NCBI RefSeq assembly: GCF_963921235.1
Contig: NC_086097.1
Span: 70,558,001-70,622,000 of the forward strand
DNA from: Mobula hypostoma
Taxonomy: Eukaryota
Length of the DNA stretch: 64,000 nt
Reading direction: 5' to 3'
Below, piece after piece: positions 13,752 to 24,118 of this stretch. The notes beneath the pieces were generated by a model, which saw nothing but the letters and a program-made list of their open reading frames with translations, was not told where the DNA came from and did no database searches. Position 1 is the first letter of the stretch. Each line of letters starts with the position of its first letter. The position numbers were made by a program, and so were the translations under genes.

Positions 13752-14482
13752 TAATTTGCACGCCTGACACCAGACTGCTGAAACAGAACCCATTTCATCC
13801 CCTGTCACAGGCAGAAGTAAATTGGTGAGCAGATGAAAATGTTTTAAACATATGGTCAAAGTCTCTGGCCCACAACCATTCAAAGTGAAGGAGGTGCATT
13901 TGAGGTGCTGTTGGGAACCCCAGGAGCACACAGACACCCTGGGTAGGTGGTGGAAGGAGTGGAGTGTCACCTAATCTGCCTTGGCACTCATGTTATCAGG
14001 TATCTCATTGATGGAAAAGCCACACAATAGAATGCACAAAATCAGAGAGGGAGCTTGTCGTCCTTGATCTTAAGGCTCTTCCTAAGTCGAAGAATCTCAA
14101 ACATCACATGTTGTGGAGTGGAATGGAAGTAAAAATAAAAAACGGTGCAAGATGGTTTCAGAATATCTCCTGAATAGTTTGATGGATCACATCTCCAGCA
14201 GCTCGAAGTGCTGCTGAGCTAAGCTCCCTCCTGACACACTCAAAAACTGGATGTGGGTGAAGCGGAAGGAATAACCTCTCACTTGAGGGTGAGAATTGAG
14301 CGAGCTTGTCTAGCACCAGAGCTATCTCCAGACTAACTTTGATTACCTAAGAGAGGCCAGAATGGAACTTCCCCAATCCTTCATCACAAACGTGACCTTG
14401 GTTTCCATTCCCAGGCTGGCACATGGTGAGACAGGGAGCGTAGGAATTCTGATTCATCTTTCTGTACGGTAGTTTGGATGTG

Positions 14483-14709
14483 CAACGCACATCGAAGTTG
14501 CTGGTGAACGCGGCAGGCCAGGCAGCGTCTCTAGGAAGAGGAACAATCGACGTTTCGAGCCTAGACCTCTTCTTTCAGTTAGTCCTGACGAAGGGTCTCG
14601 GCCCGAAACGACGACTGTACCTCTTCCTAGAGATGCTGCCTGGCCTTCTGCGTTCACCAGCAACTTTTATGTGTGTTGCTTGAAATTCCAGCATCTGCAG
14701 ATTTCCTCG
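14483..14709 (+). mobile_element. Penelope-derived insertion: inverted partial pLTR fused to forward pLTR with hammerhead, 12-bp TSD
   Basis: agtttggatgtg at 14471-14482 and 14710-14721; ~86-bp inverted arms 14482-14567 and 14594-14679. Confidence 0.8.
14580..14617 (+). ncRNA. Minimal type I hammerhead ribozyme motif (cleavage triplet mutated GUC>GAC)
   Basis: uaguc-CUGACGA-A-GGGU(CUCG)GCCC-GAAA-CG-AC-gacug; stems I and II pair. Confidence 0.7.
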
Positions 14710-17615
14710 AGTTTGGATGTGGCCGGTTTCTGGTCCATAATTGTTCATAATTTCCAGTTCCTTCTCCCCTTCCTAATTTCATAATTCCATTACTTCCTCC
14801 TTAGACTGCTTCAAGGAAACTCCCAGTGATATTATAGAACAATAACAAATAATAGTGAATGCTGCAGTGGCCTCCTGAAACAACAGATCAGCATCCTTGT
14901 TGCCTCCTGGCTCTCATTATGTTGCTTCTTTTGTGCATTTATGCAGACCTAAGCCAGTTGGTGAGAGAAGGGCCTTGCTCACAGGAGCCAGGCTTTGACT
15001 TGATGCTCTGGATGCAGAGATGCCACAGATATTCACCCTGAATGAGAGTATCATGGTTAATCACAGGGAACCAGGAACAGGTTGGGTGAATGGAGGATTG
15101 CTCTGAGAGCTTGTACAGACTCAGTGGGCCAAATGGCCTCCAATATCATTAGACAATGCGCACACAATTGCCATGACTACAAACATGTTGAATATTTAGC
15201 ATATGGAAGACCTTGGTATTGAAAATGCAAGTTTGATGCCGTTTAATGGGCTTGCAGTTCATAGTATCCTGGCACACAGAATATTATGTGTCTGATGTGG
15301 CAGAATCTCTGATTTCCCTTTTCTCACTTAGCAATCTTCATGATATCTTTGAAGAGATATTTTGGTAAGGGTGAAGGTCCCTTAAATTCTGCTTTTTACT
15401 TATTGCTTCCCTATGATTTGCCGAGTAGCTTTAGCACGTCCAGACTCCAAAATCAGACGAGAATCCTGACTTAGCACTGCAGCCTTAACTAAATGTTTAA
15501 ATATTGTTAGGCTTAAGATCTCCCATCAAATAGCCCAGACTAAGTAGCATTGCATTTAGTACTGGGTTCCTTCAAATGCAGAAATTCATGCTGGAGAACA
15601 TGGCTTTCCTTTTCAGATCCAGCATGCATGTAAGCATACATCTGTGAACTCCTGCACTAATGGTGCCCACAGCAGCTCTACATTCACAGCTGCTGACTGC
15701 ATTTCTAGGTCAAGGTCTGGATGTAGGACCAGCGAGCGAGAACAAAAACACTAGCTGATAATCAGATTGGTGCTAGCACTGGCGGGTCTCCCCCTGCTGG
15801 TGCCAGCAATCTGCTTTTTCGTTCGCAACAGTGCATCTGGCTGGAATGAAACAAGTGTAGGGTGATAGGGAGATTGCTTTTGCTAATGAAACTAGAAAAT
15901 AATTGGAGATTTTTTCAAACCATATCTAACTGAAGAACTAATAATAAATAAATGAATTACATTTTCTGTTGGAGGAGGAGAATAAGTGTCTCTGCAGACA
16001 ATTTTCTCTCCATATGTTAGATGTATGTGAATGTTGAATTCAGAAAAGCAGCTAACTTTGCCAGACCAGTACTTAACCCACAGGCATCATTGATATGAAA
16101 GAGTCTAGTGGTAATCAAGTTTACACAATTATTTCATTGTACATAATTCTATTTGCGGAACTATTAGAAAATGAAAATTAATTAGAAGAGTTGCTTGATT
16201 TTCCACTGATCTGAGGCATTGATTGTAAATTTCTAGCGTTGCTGTCATGGCAAAATAAGAAAATCAAGAATAAGAAATTTCTTCCAAGAAAATTGAATGT
16301 CAAAAGAGCAACCAGGTAACAGGGTTTATATGAGGGAAATATCCTGAAAATTACTCTATACACTTTGCACCGAGTGCAATATCATGACTGAACTTACTTC
16401 CTAATTGGGAGATTTTGCCCTTAAGGTTCAAAGCTCTGTTTATGCCACAACATATTAAATTTGTTCTAGTATTTCTGCTGCACACTTAGATTTTAGTTGC
16501 ACATTGTGTACTACAACTAAATGTGGAGTTGCATTAAATCATAGGCAAAGTGCTTGGCACTTTCCAACAAGCCACCCCCATTATATAAAGCCCCATCAGC
16601 TGGAAATTGTCCTAGACTGTCATATCCAGAAACCACATTTCTGTAGACTCCTTGGTATTTTGAACAGCTCAGAATCGTGGTTTTGGTGGAGAGCTGCTTA
16701 TTCTCATTTGGACAAGAGAAATAAAGGTACTGGCAAGTTTAAGTATGAACATTTTGTGCAGGAAATCCAGGAACTGAACATTTATTACTTCAGTGGCTGA
16801 ATGACTTGCCAGCATTTAAGATGCAGGATTTAGAGCTGACTGAAAAATGGAGATCCATTTCGGAAAGAAGCGTAAAAAAGCAAATGATATCAGAGAAATA
16901 ACACAGCTCCATAAGTCAAATGATTGGAGATGAAATTGATTTCATTCAAAGAAAAAAATGCTGTTCAAAAATACAAAAAAGTGACGTTCAATGTATGAAC
17001 ATTTGATTCAGACAGATACATTTTCTGGTTTGATCACCAAGATAAGTATTCATGATCTGATTTTTCTCTGGACATTGCATTACTTGCACTCAGCTGTGGT
17101 ATTAATTTTCACGTGATTACCAAAGAAAAATTATTTTTTACGTGCAAGTAAAAGACAATCAGAGAAAGCACACAAACATGCTGTTCACTTCCTTATGAAG
17201 GCCTCAGTAACTGAATATTTCTCCCTGGGGCATCCTCAGTGGATAGGATGGGGTTACTGATGACACCAGATTGCTCTGATAGGAGCACCAACTCATATCC
17301 CTGTACTGCAGAGAGCACAAATCTTTAACTTACATAATGGTTTACCTTCCTGTTTTTGTAAGCTATCACTAGATGTCAGCCCTGTTCACAAAGTAAAAAG
17401 AATGCCTGAAAACAGACCAAAGTCAATGAAAGCAGAGGAGGAAATAAGTGAGGGCTGCTATAATGGTACCCCCTTGGGTAAATGCCAACATTTTTTACAT
17501 TTGCTACACTACAGTCTTACTGCTAGTGCATCAAACATCTTCCCAAATGGCCAAAAATGGAGAGCAGATTCAAATAATACGTGGTTCATTGTATTAAATA
17601 TGAAATTAATGCAAA

Positions 17616-17920
17616 AGTCAAAGTCGGGCAAATTAAAATTTATTATCAAACTACACATATGTTATCATAAACCATCTTGAGATTCCTTTTCTTGCATGCA
17701 TTTACAGGAAAATAAAGAAATACAATAGAATTTATGAAAAAAACATACATTAATAAAAATAATCAAAATGCAAAAGAAGACAACTTGTACAAGTAAAATA
17801 AACATACTGCTGAGAACCTGAGTTGTAAAGTATATTGCAGAATCAGTTCAGAGTTATGGTGAGCGAAGTTATCCATGCCAATTCAGGAGACTGATGGTTT
17901 TGAAGTATAAACTGTTGGAC
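17616..17920 (-). mobile_element. Old Rex1/Babar-type 3' end fragment
   Basis: aaaatttattatcaaa...cttgagattc is the reverse complement of the gaatctcaag...tttgataataaa end seen at 24057-24103 and 34608-34653. Confidence 0.6.
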
Positions 17921-18009
17921 ATTATTCCAAGGAAATTATCACAAACTCTCAGCTTTGCACACTGCTTTGCATATCATGTACCTGGTTCAATCAATACAAG
18001 TTTTTTTTT

Positions 18010-18900
18010 TAAGCAGTCCCTCAGGATCAAGGATGAAGTGATTTCTAGTTGTGTGTTGTGAGGTGGATAATGTGGGAATCACAAGCCATTCCAGAAATGG
18101 GCAGGAGCTGACTGAATGAATGAGTGGATTGGTAATTGGTGAGGTCGGCCTCTTCCACTGCAGCAGGGCTTCTATTTACTGCTGATGCACGGGCAGGGAT
18201 ATCAATGCCATCCAAAATATCCTTTCTTCACTTTGAATGGTCATGGGCCAGAGGATCCCAGGAGTCAAGAGGTTGTGGCTTTCTTCAAGGAGGCTTTGCG
18301 AGCATCATAGAATATTTTCCTCTCTCTACCATGACAGAGCTTGGAATGGAGTGCCTGTTTCAGGACACTGGGGTTGGGCAAGCAAACACTGTTGTACAGA
18401 ATGGAGTGTTACTAGGATCTCCATAATGGATGTACTCGGTTGGGAGAGGACATTAATATTGGTTGGCTGCCTTTCATCAAGATTTGAAGGATTTTGCACT
18501 GTAGTATAGATGGAGTGCCATGAGATGCTGGCTGTATGTAGCCCAGATCTTAGGAACATACTAGAGGGCAACAATCACTGCTAGCGGGTAGACCATAAAC
18601 TTTGTGCCACTCTGAGAATACGGTCTTCAAATTCACTTGTCTTCAGTCTGCATAGGCACATTGAAGGGGGTGAAGTTTATAGTGAAGCAGCTCTCCCTTG
18701 AGTCTGAAGTTTAGTTCATTCTCACAAGCAGTTTCTCAGAGGTGAGGTGCTACATTATGGCAAGGCAGATTGAGAGAGGAGTTGAGGCAATAACAACACC
18801 TTGTTTGACGCTGGTCTTCATGGACAATGGTTCTGTTGTACACCTACTGGTTAATTTCACAGTTTGCGTGCTAACAAAAAGCACGGGCAGAGTGAAGATG
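18010..18900 (-). mobile_element. Decayed RTE-clade LINE (RT to 3' end)
   Basis: Minus-strand KTSVKQG..IA motif of RTE RT; 3' end agcagtcccctcaggatcaaggatga next to a T run. Confidence 0.65.
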
Positions 18901-21339
18901 AACCTCTGTGAGCATTTGAACTTGAAGAGTAAAACAATTATACCATTAAAGCCAAACATTTTCAGCCTCTTCCTGCCCAGGAACTGACAGAGAGCTGCAC
19001 GCCACGTCAGGCTTTTTGAAAGGATATGCATCCATGTGAGGTGTGTAGCTGTTAAAAGAAGATCAATCAAAGAACGATTTCCTTCACAGAAATATTTATT
19101 TGGAATGGATTTCTGAAGAGCATATCAATCAGCACAGGACTGCCAAGCTCCCCTTTAACTGAACCCAAAGGTTTAAAACATTTACCCAAACTTTTTTTTT
19201 CTGCTGTACCCCTTTAGACGGATGTGGTTTCTATTGCTTTCCACCCCCGATCATTTTACTTACAGGCATCGACCAAAAAAAATACTGTTTTATCATTGCC
19301 CATTTCCCTGTCCAATGTTACTGTAGGCCCTATAGGACCTTCCCATGGTATAGTTGAAAGCCTAGCATTTAAAGTACTGACTTTTTAAAAATGTCTCCAC
19401 CCTATATAGGCACTTACTTTGTGATGGGGCCATGAAAGTGAGTAATAATGTGCTTTTGGAAATACAGCTTTTTTCTTAAAGGTATAATTGCCGGAGAATA
19501 TTTAATTTGATGGATGATATAAATAAAGGTTGAGCATTGTGCTCTTGCTGCAATGCTTTAATGAACTATCACGTCAAGAAAAGTAACAGCAATAAAAGAT
19601 TACTCAGTCTTAAATGTTTGTAAAATATTTGCTTTCCATTATGTGAAGTGAAATATTCCTTTTATTTTATAAGCAAAAAATTGCAATGTTTTAATTGAGA
19701 CATCATTTGACATATGTAATAAAATGTTAAGATGACTGTGTTAGCCTGTGGGACACTACTAATTACATAGAGGCTGTTTGTCATAAATTATCTGCTTCAG
19801 CTTCTGACTGTCATGTTCAGCTTAAGTAGGTACAGAGAAGTATTATTTTATCACATTTTGCCTTTCAAGTTTTATACTAGTACTTGCGCCCATAAATTTG
19901 CACAAATCAAATTGTTGAGTTATCAGCACATTTTTAATTCATAGTGCTTACTGCAGTTGAAGGGATGAAAAGAATAAAAGTTATTGAAATACACTTTTAA
20001 AATATGTTTCTGCAAAGAGAGAGTTGCAAATTGTATGCCTTTATCTTACAAGTGTTAAACAGAATTTTACTCTGTGGATTATATGTATTGAAATCACAAG
20101 AGGCATAGAACGACACAGTGTAGGCACAGGTCTTTCAAGCTATTGTGGCACTACAGAGCTTTCCATTTACTCCCACTCTCCCACTTTACACTCTTCTTCA
20201 TGCATATATACAGTTCTCTTTTAAAGTTACCATTGAATCTGCTTCCACCACCCTTCCTGACAGTGCCTTTCAGTAGAAATTAATTTTCTGTAGAAATTAA
20301 TTTTCTGCAGAAATGTTACATTTTTTGACTACTTTGCTCTTTTGCCAGTTACTTTAAATCTGTGCCCTGTGATCATTAGCCTTCCCCTCTCCCCAGGCAA
20401 AATCTTTTCTTTATGAACACTTTATTTATCATTTTCCCTAACATGTTAAGGATATTACCCAACAAAGCATACACCTACATCTAGCTGTCTAAAGAGCTAC
20501 ATGGCATCTATATTCATTGCTGCATTTATATGGATTTTGTAGCCATAACGGATTTTATATATCTCAAATCAATCTAATTTAGATTTTAGATCTACACTGA
20601 TGCCTATTTTAAAATCATTATTTAAATATTATTATTTCAACTTCAATATTATTTAAACTTTTTCAAGAATATTCAAAAGCCATGGCTGTCAAAAATGGCA
20701 GCTAGCAATGCACATCAAGTTTTGATTATCACCAGGATTCATTTCCTCTAAAACACACTTCAACTTAATGTCTCTTTACAAAAAATAATGAGCATCATGT
20801 AGAGGTTAATCACTTCTCTTTATTCATCTGTGAAAGTAAAAGAGACTTTTGCAATTAAAATTAATTTATCTTTATTTACACACAAACTATTTCTATATGC
20901 AGGAGTGTGAGGTGGGAGCTTCTTTAACAAATCTCGCTCTCTATCCTGCCACTAAATAAGTTGCATCATGAGTCAGCTTTCCTTCCAATTCCTCATCTTA
21001 CCCTCACTATCTTTATCCTCCTATATTATACCAAAGAAACCCCAAGTAGGCTCAAAGTAGGCACTTCATTTTTTGCCTTGGTACGTTACAATTCACCAGG
21101 TTAAATGTTTGTGTCAGAACTGGACTGTCTGATTTTTAGTTCTTATTTCCACCAATACTGCTTCTCATAGTTTCATTATTGTTTTGATTGCTCTCATTCA
21201 TTTTCCTTTATGTTCAATCCTCCAAGCAAATCAGCTTTGGTTAACCGATATCCATATCTCTCTCTTAGATTGCATCTAAACAATTGTGCCACCCAGATAA
21301 CTTTGGTCTTTAATACTTGCCTCATCACTGCAACTTAAG

Positions 21340-21490
21340 ACACACATTTTCCCATTTTTCTATTCCTGATGAAAGGTTATTGTCCTGAAACATTGAGCCT
21401 GTTCTGCTCCCTGCTGATGATGTCTGATCCAGCTGAGTATTTCCAGCAAGTTCTGTTCTTATTTCAGATTTCCAGCAATTTTGTTTTGTG
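21340..21490 (+). mobile_element. Older Penelope-derived pLTR with hammerhead core
   Basis: uuc-CUGAUGA-A-AGG(UUAUUGU)CCU-GAAA-C-AUU-gag at 21363-21397, followed by the family 3' end ttcagatttccagca. Confidence 0.65.
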
Positions 21491-21622
21491 TTCTTTTTAA
21501 CTTTTAAACTTCCCTCAATGCCTAAGTGTAACAGCTCACCTGGCACCAATACCTGTAATGAACTTGAAGGTTCTTAATCCAGTATATGGTTTTGAGTCAA
21601 GCTGTAATCTAGAGCGCCATTT

Positions 21623-22188
21623 GTGTGTGTTCATCCATCGTTGACGTCAATGAGGACCTCGACACCATTATTGATGGTGTCGAGACTAGCGCGTGATTTG
21701 GATTTAAGTGAGGGAGATTTGCGCAGCGTCAGCCTCACTCTCTCTTCCCAATTCCCATCTGGATCCAGTGGCAAGACAGAGTCATGACGGCTGGAGATGG
21801 GACTAGGTGCAGTGGATGACCAGGACGTCTTCTGTGTCTTGTCCTGCTCTACACATTCCACGACGCTTGCGGAGATCGCCTTCTTGACCGTTGGACCTTC
21901 CATTGATCTCGTCCACTCAGTCCACTGGAGTCTGTCTTCACATGCTGGGATAGACAACTCCCTATCTCACCGAGGGTTTGAGACCTGTCGGCTACCCTCA
22001 CCTGGTTTAGCCGGCTTGTCGAAGCCGTTGCCCGGGGTCTGTCTGCTGTCGCATGCAAACAGCTACGGGGAGCCACAGGTGAGAGTTGAGTGCCAGGTGG
22101 GGTCCAAAGGTGGACTAACCGCCTTGAAAAGGACACGACATGTTCCCCCACCAGAGGTGCTACCCCTCCCTGATACCCCATACACCCC
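21623..22188 (-). mobile_element. Young non-autonomous RTE-derived element (5' UTR joined to 3' end), 566 bp, perfect 12-bp TSD
   Basis: agagcgccattt at 21611-21622 and 22189-22200; (AC)n tail; CpG-rich; RTE-like 5' UTR motif gcgcaaatctccctcacttaaatccaa; no RT or EN coding. Confidence 0.8.
21994..22188 (-). ncRNA. HDV-like self-cleaving ribozyme at element 5' end
   Basis: P1 GGGGUGU/AGACCCC; P2 ACUCUCACCUG/CAGGUGAGGGU; P3 GGC/GAC; L3 UCCCCGUA plus hairpin; P1.1 CC/GG; GCAAC; P4 CGGCUU(CGAC)AAGCCG; J4/2 GCUAA with catalytic C at 22010. Confidence 0.8.
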
Positions 22189-22239
22189 AGAGCGCCATTT
22201 ACCCCTGATATTACTGGTCTAGTAAACCCTGCTTGAGAG

Positions 22240-22322
22240 CACCACACACAAAGTGTTGGAGGAACTCAGCAGTTAGGCAGCATCTGCAGAAGTGAATGAA
22301 CAGTCATCCCTTCTTCAGGACT
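22240..22322 (-). mobile_element. Internally deleted Penelope-derived repeat
   Basis: ggaggaactcagcag..ggcagcatct...cccttcttcaggact, same family as 5171. Confidence 0.6.
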
Positions 22323-22334
22323 CAAGTAGACAGT

Positions 22335-24118
22335 CTGAGTGGTGCCACAACAACAACCTTTTTCTCAATGTCAGCAAGACCAAGGAGCTGATTATTGACT
22401 TCAGGAGAAGGAAACCACCAGAGGTCCATGAGCCAGTTCTCATCAGAGGATCAGAGATGGAGAGGGACAGCACTTTAAATTCCTCAGTGTTATTATTTCA
22501 GAGGAACTGTCCTGGCTCCAGCACGTAAGTGCAAGTATGAGGAAAGCACTGCAGTGCCTCTACCTAGGAGTTTGTGAAGATTCGGCATGACATCTAAAAC
22601 TTGGACAAACTTCTATACTGTAGGTGTGGGGTGGAGACTATATTGACTGGCTGCATCACAGCCTGGTATGGAAACACCAATGCCCTTGAATGGAAAATCC
22701 TACGAAAAGTAATGGCTGCAGCTCAGTTCATGGGTAAGTCCTCCCCACCATTAAGCACATCTACATGAAATGCTGTCACAGGAAAGCAGCATCTATAGTC
22801 AGTGACACCCCACAATCCAGGTCATGTTCTCTTCTCACTGCTGCCATCAGGAAGAAGGTACTTGAGTCTCAGGACTCACACAACCAGGTTCAGCAATAGT
22901 TACTACCTCTCAACCATCAAGCTCTTGAACCAAAAGAAGTAACTTCAGTCATCTTTACCTGCCCCATCATTGAAATATTCTCACAATCAATGGACTCACT
23001 GTCAAAGACTCTTCACCTCATTGTTGGAAGAATCTCAGGTGGAGATGAGAGGATGTATAGGGCTGAGATATGCCAACTAGTGGAGTGGTGTCGCAGCAAT
23101 AACCTTGCACTCAACGTCAGTAAGACCAAAGAGCTGATTGTGGACTTCAGAAAGGGTAAGTCAAGGGAACACAAACCAATCCTCATATAGGGATCAGAAG
23201 AGGAGAGAGTGGGCAATTTCAAGTTCCTGGGTGTTAAGATTTCTGAGGATCTAACTTGGTCCCAACATATCGATGTAGCTTTAAAGAAGGCAAGGCAGTG
23301 ACTATGTTTCATCAGGAGTTTGAGGAGATTTGGTTTGTCACCTAAAACACTTGAAAACTTCTGCAGCTGTACCGTGGAGAGCATTCTGACTGGCTGCATC
23401 ACCATCTGGTATGGGGGACTATTGCTATTGCTCAGGATCAAAAGAAACTACAGAAAGTTGTAAAATTAGTCAGCTCCATCATGGGTACCAGCCTCCATGG
23501 CATCCAAGACATCTTCAAGGAGCGATGCCTCAGAAAGGCGGCATCCATTAATAAGGACCCTCATCACCCAGTGCATGCCCTCTTCTCATTGTTACCATCA
23601 GGAAGGAGGAACAGAAGCCAGAAGGCACACCTGCAGCAATTCAGCTTCTTCCCCTCTGCCATCTGATTTCTAAATGGACATTGAACCCATAAACACTACC
23701 TCACTTTCTTATTTTATTTCTGTTTTTGCTCTACTATTTTTAATTTAGCCATTTCATATGCACATATATATCCTTACAGTAATTCATTTATTTATATTTT
23801 CTATATTTATTATGCATTGCATTGTACTGTTGCCATTAATTTAACAAATTTCACGCCATACGTCGATGATATTAAACCTGATTCTGACTCCAATGTTCTT
23901 GATATTTATTTATTATTGTTATTGCTTTATTTTTGTGCTTGCATAGTGTATTGCCTTTTGCACACTCACTGAACACTGAAGTTGGGGGCGGTCTTTCATT
24001 GATTCTATTATGATCATTATTCTATTCCGGACTTATTGAGCATGCCCGCAAGGAAATGAATCTCAGGGTTGTATATGGTGACATATATGTACTTTGATAA
24101 TAAATTTTCTCTGAAGTT
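22335..24118 (+). mobile_element. Rex1/Babar LINE 3' part (outer), interrupted by a second Rex1 copy
   Basis: WCHNNNLFLNVSKTKELIIDFRR and LLPSGRRY motifs; 3' UTR resumes at ~23891; tail tttgataataaa. Confidence 0.85.
23021..23890 (+). mobile_element. Rex1/Babar LINE 3' part (inner, nested)
   Basis: LVEWCRSNNLALNVSKTKELIVDFRK; KDPHHPVHALFSLLPSGRR; tail attaaacctgattctgac. Confidence 0.85.

Noticed and set aside
21631..22247. Overlapping 108-141 aa ORFs on both strands
   Set aside because: They arise from GC-rich ribozyme/UTR sequence and show no recognisable protein similarity.
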